DNA of 64,000 nt from Daphnia carinata. Its lineage: Eukaryota. The DNA lies in contig NC_081331.1 in NCBI RefSeq assembly GCF_022539665.2, positions 12,400,001 through 12,464,000 of the forward strand. The letters are read 5' to 3'. A program made the translations under genes and the position numbers. Every line of letters starts with the position of its first letter. Position 1 is the first letter of the stretch. Positions 52,001-64,000 of this stretch are shown piece by piece. The notes beneath the pieces are model-generated. The model was not told where the DNA came from and searched no databases. It was given only the letters and a program-made list of their open reading frames with translations.

Positions 52001-55000
52001 TCTTTGCGTGTTACACACGCTAGCGTTTTAAAATTATATCGGGGTTTTCTATTATTTTTTTTCTCTTTCACGAGATGCACACGACAAACTGTTAAAGAGC
52101 TCTTGAGTCAATGCGAATAAGGAAAGACCCAATTACATGGGGCTTTGCCCGCAGTACGACATCAATAGGAAACACTCGACGCTGTGCGATTATGTACCAC
52201 ATTGACGTAGGGGTCTAATTCTTTTAAGCAAAAAATAAAGGGAAATTCATTTTTCACTTTAAGGCGAATGTTTTTTTTTTTAAGTTTTTCAATGTCTCCC
52301 CTCTCTTTTAAAGAGGCACCCACAATTGATTTCCAAGAGACTTTTTCTTTTCATTTTACCGTTAGCATCCGTCTTTGGGTGTGTTAGCCTTAAACCAAAC
52401 AAAATAACAGCCACTCGTAAGGAAAATATGAAAGGGACCGACCCCAGTTATTATCAGAAATATACACTTGAGTGTATTTTTATTTAGACTATATTTTTTT
52501 TTTTTGAGCTGAGGGTTATTTTTCCCTATTATTTGCAGAATTTCACCTTCTTATTAAACGAAAGCGCTTCAATTGTTATTTTTTTAAAAACAAATCCCTG
52601 CCGTGACATTATTCAATAATCGTTGTAACTATATGCGTCCTCCTCTTCTGGTTTCTCTTTTTTTTTTCTCTTCGCTCTTCCGTTATCCCGTTTCTTCTTT
52701 TTCACGTCAATAATCTTCGAAAGATTACATAGCATTTTGGGCACCCCCCCCCTCCCTGTGGGATATATGTCGATATGGTGAAAAAAAAAAAAGGGAAATT
52801 GGTGAGAGCCTCTACATGCCGCCTTTTCTCCATCATCAACACTTGTTCATCATTTTCGCGGTAGTACCGCAGCACCAGCTGCGTTCGAATCCAAAAGCTC
52901 CTCGAGGCAAGAATAAAAAAAAACGAATCGAAATAATTTTATTCAGCAAAAAAGATGAAATTTTCAATGACGTTCGCTTCTTGTTTTTCTAAACGCAAAA
53001 TGAGAGAAAGTGCAAGTCGGCCGTTTCATCTTTCCAACGCACCTCATCTTTGGATATTGAACAACCGGCCGACTGCGTGTCTAATATCCGGCCTTTACAA
53101 AAAAAAAAAAAAGCCCTCATTGAAAAAAGAAAGAAAAAAAAAATCATCACCACAACCGCAAGTCCACCACAGCCATTTTTCTTTCTATAACCGGAGCGAT
53201 GACAGTCACTTTCTCTATATGGGTTGTTGATTGGTTAGTTTGAACGCGATTTTGCGCTTTTCAAAAAGCAATAAATATAGAGAGCTCTATTAATAACTAT
53301 TAAATGTCAAGCTCCAGTACATTTTGTTGCTTTGCCATTTTTAACGAGCCGATTTCGTTTGTAAAGAATTTTTTGAAAATATTTTATTAACAGACGACGT
53401 GGGCGATTAAAAATAGTTGCACTAGGGTGGAGTCTCTCGTATAATCAGTTGACAGGCTATGAGGTCGTGAATATTTATGGGTAATCGCTCTCTAGCTGCC
53501 CTACTGTTGTTTGTGGGCTAACGTTAATGAGCCAGTGCCAACAAACGAATAAACAACAGTCGATAAAATAGAGAAGAAAAAAAAAAATAAATAAATAGAG
53601 AAAACGGACAGCGAAAAGAAAGAACTTTGCACGTAATAAACACACGTAGCACATCCTACAAGGAATCGAGTTCGATTCGCCACGGGTGTCACGCGTATGG
53701 CTTTTTATTTTTTTTTTCGTAACAAAAAGGCACGGACGCTTTCCTACAGACATTTCCTTCTCTTGTTTTTTTTTATTTTATCGTGAAAAAAAAAACAAAA
53801 CAAACAAAACAACGGGATTTAGCGAGGTATGTTCTACTAGTCCTTTCTCACTCGTTACATTATTTTCGATTGAACGTTGAGTGCATACACCTGTGTCTGT
53901 GTGTATAGACGACCTGTTATTAGAAGCTATGATTACGACGGGCGCCGCTGCAGCCGATTTGCGAGCAACGTAACCGTGAAAATTTGGGTTTCTCTTTCGC
54001 TATGTTTTTTTTTTGTTTTCGTCCATAAGGTCTGTGCTGAAATGCTTGACCGTTTAAATTCTTTACCACAGTTCCCACTTTTTGTTTAAATTTAATTTCC
54101 ATAAATTCCTCGTATTTTTTTTTTTTTTTGTTGCTTCTTTGCACTTGTTACGAACTGTTGATCCATTAGGTAGCAAGAACTTCAACTTGTCCTTCTGTAT
54201 CGCTCGCTTGTTTTCTCTGCGGACACATTTTTCTTTCGTGAAAACTACAAGATCCAAAAACATAAGCTTTCCTTTCTTTTTCTGCGCTTTTCATTCGGTA
54301 TGTTACGTTCGCCTTTCTGAGGACGAGCCTGCCATTTCGGCTTATATCTTATGTATCTATCCGTCGTGCTCGACCTTCCTTTGTTGTCCGATTTGGCCGT
54401 GAAATGGCTTTTTATTTTCTCTTTACACACCCAGAAAATCCCGCTTATTCCTTTTTTTTTTTGCTGGGCTCTTGTGGCCGTCGTCAGTCGTTTAAACAAG
54501 AAAGAAATAATACATAAAAAAAGGAGCTTTTTTTTCGCACATGCGGACGCTTCGTGAGTCGGATACAAGCAACAGATAACAAGAGTGTATAGACGGCCAA
54601 AGGAGATGAGGTGAAAGTTGCACGTCTTAACGGCCATATAATCCCATCTCTTTCCGACGAATGCAACTCTTGAGTATGTTCTCTTATACATTGTGCCTCT
54701 TGTATAAATTCTTCTATAGCCATGTTTTTTTTTATCGTTTTCGCGTAATAAAGAAACAAAAAAAAGTGAGCAACTTCAGAATATACCTTTTCTATACACA
54801 CGTAAAGCTGTTTTATACATACCTGCAAACAACATTATTGACAGTAGGGCACTTAAACTTGCACTTGTTATTCGAAATTTCCCACACACGTAAAAAAATG
54901 GAAACATAATCATTTTTCCTTTCTATGTTGGTTTTGGAAATAATGAATAAAAAACAAAACAAAAAAAAACCTCGAACCGACAAGGCGACAACTTGCGGCA

Positions 55001-58000
55001 AAGAAAAATGAAACAAAAGAAGAAGCCGTTTGTGTGTTCTATATATAAACTAGGTGTCTGTGGTGTACCCAACAGCACGAAAAGAAAAAGTCTATAACGC
55101 AAACTACTAAACGTCGCGTTCATCATCTCGTTTAGTTGCAAAAAGAAAAACGAACGCCAGTTCTCTTTCTCTTTTTCTCCGAACTAAATCGTGCCCAATG
55201 ATGGGTTACCGTATACTTGTACACTCTGCTGGCCGATGATGGGAACGGCCGAGAAAAGAAAATAAATAAAGCGTGTTAGGCTTTATATGTTACTGCATGG
55301 CCCAAGAAAAAGAAGGCACAATGGCGCCTCTTCGTGCTGCATTATAATAGTGTATTCTTATTTATTTTTTTTTTACCTGTTGGGCAAATTTTCCTGTGCG
55401 TTACATCCTCACGCTCGCTGCAATCACGCGTCCAAAAGAGACCCCCGTGTTGCTGATCGCCCGGCCGCCAAACAATTGTTCGCATTCGCCATGCTGTTGG
55501 TATAACAAGAACCCGATTTTTTTTTTGTTTTTTAACAATAGCATGGACATGGCACCAGAAACCGACAGCCTCTTACACATTTTTACCTGTGTGTGTAGAA
55601 AGTGAAAAGAACTCGGGTGGCCCTGCATGGTATTCTCTTACGCAATTCACCTCTGAGAAAGGGATGAATAACGGGAACACTATAAGCTTATTTTATGATA
55701 TACATGGCGAACTATATTTCGTAAGAAAGACATCATCTCGGCAAACACTTCATCAGGCAAGCAAAAAAATAAATAAATAAGGAGTGCTGAGTTAATCTGA
55801 ATATCTAAAAGAAGAAAAAAAGGGAAGAGTTCCCACCGACTATTCACTTTCTCTTTCATTCATTCGTGTTTTTTTTTTTTTGTTTTACTCCGGCGTCGCT
55901 ACCTTATCTTCTTCTGCTTTAATGAGGTTAATTATGCTGCCGGGCTATATCATTCCATCATCGTCTTTGATAGCATTATACTCACAAGAGAGTTCACATG
56001 TTTTTGTATTCTTTGCCTCACGTGTAGATCTCCGATGCAAAAGCAAAACGCTATCATCATCTCTCATTTTCTCCCCTCTCACCCGTCGATGTGGACCTGC
56101 CCATCCGTTGTTTAGGCCGATTATTGTAAACCGTATGTAGATGCAAAGATCAGTGAGCAAGAAAAACTTTCGATTTCGTTTTTTTTTTTTTTTTGTCGGG
56201 AAAACGACGCTCAGTCATGCGAAAGGAAACTGACACGTAACAAACGAGCGCGCGTGTCTTCTCTATTCTTCACAACCTACGCAGAAAGCAATGCAACAAC
56301 ACGCACAGCTCCTCCACCACGTGTGTTAATGTTTTATAAATACCTGTGAGGGGGGAAAAGCAAAAAAATTATGTAGCGTGCTGTTATAAACTGGCACTTA
56401 GTCCAGCATTTCACAAACCTCGATCCGAATAAGCGGTTTCAAATTTATTTGGCGTAGGTGCGCAGTCTGGCCACCGAATGATTCGCTTTTTCTAATCGAC
56501 TTTTGAATTCGTTTGATAGATATAATTTTTTTCCAATTCCAACCAATAAAGGAATAATAATTAGAGGGAGGGGGAAGGGGTTGAATCTCTTTTTCTGATT
56601 GGAATTAAAAACAATAATCATTAAACAAAAAAACGAGGTCCAAACATGTGCGTGTGAATATCAGGGCTAGCGTTAATGAACGCTAAACAAAAAAAAGTGG
56701 TGAAAATGTGTAGCAGCAAACAAAAAAAAAACAAAAAAACAAAAGAATGTCGTTAGTGCACGACGCGTTTACGACCCGTTCGCAATCTGAATTTTATTTT
56801 CAAGTTGAAAAGAAATTTTCACTTTTTTTTTTGACGGACGTATAACTCTATGGTCTACATTAAATATATATAAGCCAACACGAAGACTAATTACATATAG
56901 ACGACCATCGAGGTGAGAGTGGCTTATAAAGTGTTATGACCCAGCTAAATATTTTGAAAACAATTTCACAAAAGGAGGGCAGCGGCAGACTCGACTTGTT
57001 GAAAAGCAGCAAAAAAAAAAATAAATAAAACTCCTTCTTAATTACATCATACGTTCGCTGTTTTCTATTGATTCTCGCAGGCAATTAATTCACCTTCTTT
57101 TTTTTTTAAATTTAAAGCGTCCGCTAATCAAAATGGAGCGCAATGATTTTGTTTTATCTACCACCCAAAGGCAAATGAAGCGAAAGAAGACCTAACCTAT
57201 ACCTTGACCTGCTGCTGTAGACTGACTTAACATTAACGATCTCTCGCTCTCTCTCACCATCACTCTCTTTTTGCGATGATGCCACTACCGCTTGATTTCC
57301 ATTTCAAAACGCTGATGGCGAATAGACTGTCCATTTTTTCGCCAAAGCGCATTTCGAAAAATGTATTTCTCTATGCCGAAACAGTTCACCTTCAAATAAT
57401 CAACATTCTTATCGAGCAAGTTTTTCTTTTTTCGTATTCTAGTCGGCTAGAATTGCCAATTTTGGAAAATGCCATTGTTAAAAGGCAAATTGGAACTCGT
57501 TACTTTCAGCGCGCTGCTTCTACACGTGAGTGAAGGGGCAGGCTGGGTGGGAAAAAAAAAACTGGTTATGTCTTGCACACACAGACAACTCCCGACTATA
57601 CACGATTACAGGCAAAAGCGATGATCCCATAACCCGATTGGCTTGAAAAAACAAAACAAAAAAAAATTACCGTACTTTGTACACACTGTGCCGCTGTCAG
57701 TGTTTTTGCGGGAGACCTTATTACAAGTCGTCAAACGCCAAAGGGCGTAGGCTATGTTTTGTTTATTTTAGATGTCAAAAAATTGGGAAATAGAACAGCA
57801 ACGTGAACAAACAAAGTCTATTTTCGAGTGTCTTGTTTCTGCCATCCGCAACGCAAGAAGAATTACAAGCAGATTGGAAAGGTGAATGCAAAAACACCTA
57901 CGTGACGCTACAAGGTGTTCATAACAAACCTTTTCGTATAAAATCACAATTTGCGTTTTTGACGTCAATCATAAATTGAAGTGTATTTATTTATTTTTTT

Positions 58001-58866
58001 TTTTGCCCATTCCTGAATACACAAAGAGGCATCGAACAGACGAATGACTAGGAGATTGTTGACGTCCTTTGCCCCTCTATTTCGTGAGCTGGGAAGCAAA
58101 AAAAAAAAACACAATCTGTAACCGAGAAAGAAAAATCATAACAATATCATCGTAATAACTGACTAGCACTAGGCCACAGAACCACGCCATTTTACGACCC
58201 ATGTTCCTTCTCAGATGTTTCACACTCACTCATTATTCACTATCTCTATTCGAATTCTAGCGCCCCGTATACACAACGCGCTAGTCCCGACTTCCAATGA
58301 TTTACAGAGAGGGAAAGTCTTTTGTATTTTTCGTGTCTTTCGATTCTTCTTTCTTATAGAGTTAGTGCGTTTGCACGAGAAAGAAACATTAAGAACGTCA
58401 AAGATAACTCCCCCCCCCGTTTCTCTCTCTCTCTCTCTCTTTCGTAATCTGAATACTAGGGTACTGTCGATCTACTAAACAACCCAAATACTTAACAGCG
58501 ACTAGTTAAACGAACACACGAATAAGCAAGGTCGTTGAAAACATCACGACAAGCACGACGGTCGAAAGATTTGGACGATTCAAACTCGATCAGCGGCAAG
58601 CAGCGTACGTGATAATAGGCAACAATGGTCGGTTTCAAATCAAATCAAGACGGAGAGAAACATAAAAAGAATGCTACGTTTTCTTTTTTTTTTTTCAAAT
58701 TAAGAAAGAGGTGGAATCATCTGCCCACATACCCCCCTAGAACAATGTACCGAATAGAAAGGATGGAACAAATAAACAAACGGCACACATCATAAAAAAT
58801 GACCATCGTCGTTGGTCATCAAACGAATTGTTTTCTTTCCAATGATTTCCTTTTTTTGTGTGTGTT

Positions 58867-58888
58867 TCTCTCTCTCTCTCTCTCTCTC
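58867..58888. repeat. (TC)n microsatellite
   Basis: tctctctctctctctctctctc seen directly; a similar tract lies at ~58422-58440. Confidence 0.9.
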
Positions 58889-61800
58889 GCGTCTCGTACG
58901 CATTTTTATTCCAATCAAATAAGGCGAGAGAGTTGGATTTCAAGGTTTTTGTTAATACGTATAAAATTTTTTTTATGTGTATCGCGAGCCGTGTGTATAT
59001 CTATAACGAAAACGAGGCATGGCATCGTATGGGACACATTCTTGGACATTTCTTTCTATTGAGGTTTTTGACTATGCAGCTGGCGTCTCGATTTCAACAT
59101 GTTGCGCATGGCGAGAGGACCTTGAGACACAAAAAAAAAAAGATAGGAGAGATATCTATGCTAGTACTATACTGCCGAACTAATAGAGACTGGCCGGAGG
59201 TGACGGCCCAACGGGTTATACTAGTCTAAGCAAACGAACGGGTGCGGGAGAGAAAAAAGGAGTGGCCGCCTTCCTTTTTTTAATTTTACACCCATGCTAC
59301 ACATATATAATAACGTCACGGACTGCCCAGCAGCACTATAGGTCCCTGTTTGTTTTTCAATAATGACACCGACATACCGCCTCTCCATTTACCTCGTAAA
59401 AAAAAACACAACCGACAAAATGATATTGGTCAAATAAATAGCCTATAGCAAATGTGGACTGCACTTTACCGTTTTGTACTTCGTAACTCAGCAAAGTGTG
59501 AGACTTCTATATCTAATTGCCTATCGCCATTCTGATCAAATTTGAAAAGGAGTCCAATATGTTTTATGAGAACCAGACACTCGAATTTGCGGACGGCCTT
59601 CTCTACAATGGCGTCATAGTAAAACAAGAGTTCACCAGTTTCTTGAGCGTCCTGTAGGTCACGTAGATAACGAGCTCGGCCCCTACGGCGTCATGAAGTG
59701 CGATGGTGTAACAGGTATGCGTGTCGTCATTGTCACGCAGCTACGTTCCGCTTCGCCATTTTATTTCAAATATTTTGTTTGCGTTGTACCGGAGAAAGGA
59801 AAACAAACTTACGAAGGCGTTTATTTTATTCCGTACTTTTTCAATTAGATTTTTTTGAAAGAAAAGAGGGTCGTCATGTCCAAAGAACCGTCTCCGGCCC
59901 TCCTTTTGTTTTGTCCACACACAATTCAACCTGTTGGGAAAGGATGAAAAGATTTCATGAAGCCTTGACCGATATATCTCCCTGCGGTTGATTGTACATA
60001 CTCGGCCGGTTGCTGTCTACGTGATGTATGCGCTAGAGCGCGGCTTTACGAGGAGAAGGCCCTTCGCAAACCTCCAAAGAATAGACAAGAGTAGGAGGAT
60101 GCCTTGTCTTTTTTTTTTATTCTATTCAAGTGAGGAGATAAAAAAAAAAGCAAAACACCCAGACCTGTATGGGAAACAAAAGATGGAAGCCAAAAAGAGA
60201 AAGAGCTTTGAAGATTTTTCAGCCTTACATTAGTCGGCAGTGTACACTAGGTACGTGCACTTATTGTAAAGATGACATATAGGAGGAGCGTATGAATTTG
60301 AGCAACGTTCTCTTCTGTCTTTTCTGCGCAATATTTAAAATATGTAAAGCAAAGCTTAGATTCCCGAGAGCCTTACGCTTTAGAGCCCCTACCACTCTGG
60401 CCGGAACTATATGGCAAAGGCGGAGTAGACGGATAGTTCCGTTTTATTATGACTACACTATCCTTCATTTTTAATTCACTCTGAGAACGTCGTTTTGTTA
60501 TATCAAACGAACGTCCATGTCTTTATATGTCTACATCATTTAAATATTCCGTGTGATTATCTCTCATCATCCGTCATGTGACCCAGCAGGCTAGTGGTAT
60601 GTGCAGGACATAACACACTCACATCTTGATGATAATGGCCATGAGGAGGACGAGATGTTTTTTTTTTTATTGATCCAACACTAAATGCTCATTCAACTCT
60701 CCTCTATCTATCTCTCTAGTCCATCCCTCTTATTATTCTTTCCATTTTTTTTTTTTTTTTTTTTTACATTCATTCATTTTAATTCGCAATTTTTGAAAAC
60801 CCTTAGTCCTAGACGGATAAGACTCACTAGTAAAGGAAGGAGGAATTCTCTGATGAGTCAACGTTGACAATAGGGAAACGAATGTTCTACAGGTAAACAG
60901 AAAACAATCCTTCTCATAGCTCCCCCTCCCCCCTATTCGTATGTGAATAAAAGCCCATCGACGGGGAATTAAAAGGAAGAGCTTACGATATTTAAAACAG
61001 GATGGAGGTTGTTCATAATCCCTGTGACTGGGGTCGTTGCAATGGGTTGGTCCAATCTATCCGGTTTTTATTACACAACGTTACCTTGCAGCACCTGTCC
61101 CTAATAGCTCTGTGGGGGGGGGGGTAATCATACTGGAAAATTAAGGTGCGCACGTAATGTCGTCAGAGCCAATGAGGAGTTGCTCGACCGACCGGATGAT
61201 GATGGAAATCCCTCGGCTTTGGAATGACACAGCTGAAAAGAGGGATGAGCCACTCCCTGATTAACCATCGCAGATCAATCCCCCCCCTCCCCCCTCTTTT
61301 ATCCCATTCTTATTTTTTTTTTCTGCTTAACAATAAAACCTAAGCTCTTTTCAGTGGAATTTCAAAAGGGGGAACGAGCAATATGAAAAAGAGAAGAGGA
61401 GGAGATAAAACTGAGATGGAAATCATCAACGATCGTGTGATGGAACGATGGAAAAAGGAGAAGAGACAGCCAGCAAAAGAGTTGAGAAAATGATGGTGAT
61501 TTCCCCATTCATATCCAACAAGAAGAAAAAACGACGCACGGCAGGGCCGACTTTCTCGTTGATTTCTCATCGTCACATGAAATTTAGGTCTTGTTCCTTC
61601 CACTTCTTCATCGTTCAGCTTCAATATTTCCCTTCACACTTTAATACAGTATTTCAACGAAAAGGAACAAGAAAAAAAAAAAAAGACGTGAAAATTATAG
61701 AGAGAACACAGCATTTTCTTGTTCGTTCATTCTTCCCACAGAATTTTCTACTTTTGAAAAAAAAAAAATAAATAAAGAGGCAAAGCGAACGTGCTGTTTT

Positions 61801-64000
61801 GATCGTCTGTTCATCCCGGGGCACGGATTTTGAGGCTCCTAGAGTCGAAGTTGGCCCACTGTGCGCAGACCTTGTGAGTGAAAGTGATGGACTGCGCAAT
61901 CTTAACACACTCGGCTGTAGGACGTCATTTTTTCGTTTAGCTATTCATTTATGTATTGATTTATGTCATTGCCGCTATCTTCAACTGTTGCGTAGACGTG
62001 CTATCGGCCCAGCGGCTAAGGCCCAACAGGCTTTCAATGCTGACGCAATGCGCAAAGTAAAAAAAAAAATTAATGAAAATGCAAATTCAATATTTTGGAA
62101 CTTGAAACAAAAGTGAATTGGGGGAAAAAAAAAAGAGTGAACATTTCCAGGTATATTTATGGTTTTCTTGCGTTGTGACATGTTTCGGTTTGTTAACCGT
62201 TCGGCTAACGGCAAAAATCATTAAACGTCCTTAACTGTTACTTTTTTTTTTCCATAAACATCTTCATAAGTACTTTTTCCTTGGTTTTCCCTTGTCTATT
62301 AGATGCGACATTTTGTTGAGGACTCTTTTCTTTACGTCATCATCTGTGCAGCGTGAATTCTTTTTTTAGCCGAAAATTTACATACTGTGATTTGTTTTTT
62401 AACGTCGGCCCATTTTTACGATGGCGACGTGTATACGAAAAAAAAAAAAAAAGAAAAATGGGGAAAAGAAGACGAAGAGAGGAGGGCGGGCTGGCCGCTC
62501 TCGTTGACATCGAAGTGAAATCGCAAGAGAGGCTAACGTCTTTTTGTGTATAACAAACCGGCGTTCATTGATGGAACGAGCCACGCTAACTCGCCGTTAT
62601 ATTAAGTACGCCACATACTCACAGACACGAGGAAGAAAAGAAAAAAAAAAAAAAAACCCTGAATAACCAATATGTTGTGTGCATATTGTTTTCTCTTTTT
62701 TTTTTTTTTTTATGTGTTGAATTTTTCCGCTGTGGGGGCGGAGACTCGTACATAACGGAACGATGAATTCCACGATCGTATAGTCATTCATCTTGTCAAT
62801 TGTTTGTCGCTGTTTTTTGCTTCCCCATTTCTTTTTTCAAACATCGTTTGGAAACAATCCGCACATAATCCTTATTTTATTTTTTTTTTTCTTTCAACGT
62901 CTCCACCCCCGTCAGCATAATAAATTAAATGGGGGGAACCAAACAGAAAAAAGAATGCAACGCTGGTAGTTTTTCATGTGCGGTCAATCTCGTTTCCACC
63001 CCGTACACAGTTACACGCGTATCCCGTAGCTCTGCGTGACTGTTAACTATTTTTATGTCCCTCTGATCGGAATGTTTTTTCTTTCCCCCAATTTAATTTT
63101 TTTTTTTTTTTACTGTTCGATTCCCATCAGATAATTTTTAATTAGTTTCCTCTCTTTCAAGCCAAAAACTGTGCGCGTGTGTCAACTGGACTTTTCTTTC
63201 TGATCGTCGTGCTCCTGCGTGTGAAACATGAAAAAAAAAAAGAGCACGATTGCAAAGGGGAGGCATTCCGGTCGGTGAAAAGTGTCAACTTTTGGGCAAG
63301 CACGCGTGTTACAAAAATGCGGTTATTTCCTATACATGGTGTACGGTCGTCCCATGAAAGTCGTTTGAAAACTGTGTTCTAGATCTTCTTCGTTTCTCCT
63401 CTCGTTTACATGTATGCGTGATGAGCAAAAAGGGTGTAAGGTGGAGTTTGAAGCGTCACAAGTTCTGAAAAGAAATGAATAAAAATACGAGGAGGTATAC
63501 AAAAAAAAAAACAGCCAACTGGAGCGCGATAAGACATTTTCGACCGCGGAATTTTCTCTTCTCTATAATGTATTCCCATTTCTCGTCTTGCCACTATCCA
63601 TTTTGGAGTCATTGCATTTTCTAATTTGTAAGAATTCTTTTGGGTTTTTTTTTTTCCCTACCCGTTACGGATGAACCCATGCCACATATACTGTATAACC
63701 TTTTTTCTTTTAGTGAATAATATTTTTTTTTTCCTGCTATGTACCATGAACGTGGTGACCGATAGAACGCAACGAGAGATTAGAAATTTAAAAAAGAAAA
63801 AATGAAAGACCAGTTTTCTGGACTTCGACCTGTTGAAAAAACACACCACGTATAGCCGGTCGCTGAACTCGTCTCTTCTTCTTTTGTTTTTTTGTTTTTT
63901 TTTTTAGTTTTGCTTCTTCAACAGCCCACGGGCTGTCGGTGTAAGCTGTTCTTCCGGTTTTTTTTCTACATGTTTCTCCTACTGCTAACGTTCCACAGTT

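Noticed and set aside
59657..59714. Possible micro-exon (TAG|GTCACG...ACAG|GTATGC encoding HVDNELGPYGVMKCDGVT)
   Set aside because: Weak polypyrimidine tract, and the only open frame is phase 1, which does not fit the phase-0 candidate first exons.
46100..64000. Many 60-150 aa ORFs
   Set aside because: Dominated by poly-A/T-derived Lys/Phe runs, often with non-ATG starts, with no domains or consistent splice structure; treated as intronic.

Overview
Eukaryotic, AT-rich, intron-dense DNA with many ~55-75 nt introns and poly-A/T tracts. It looks arthropod and is most consistent with a Daphnia-like crustacean (inference). Six genes could be spliced by hand: (1) a divergent adhesion-GPCR-like receptor (CUB-EGFx3-SEA-like-Igx2-HormR-GAIN/GPS-7TM-long tail, ~6.7-17.4 kb, +); (2) a compact PDGFR/VEGFR(Pvr)-like receptor tyrosine kinase (21.3-25.0 kb, +); (3) a low-molecular-weight PTP (28.3-29.1 kb, +); (4) MsrB (29.4-30.8 kb, -); (5) CTNNBL1 (36.0-38.3 kb, +); (6) CCDC43 (39.6-40.4 kb, +). 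From ~41 kb on, the window appears to hold the 5' end of a large unidentified gene: two candidate first exons and then long intron. Two non-genic structures stand out. One is a ~2.1 kb foldback palindrome built from a ~530 bp unit (18.0-20.1 kb). The other is a 1.74 kb non-autonomous hAT-like element with an exact 8-bp target-site duplication (25954-27695); it carries a tRNA-derived Pol III head followed by ~570 nt free of terminators and a structured 3' domain. Most short ORFs in the supplied track are spurious. All calls are by eye; no database searches were run.
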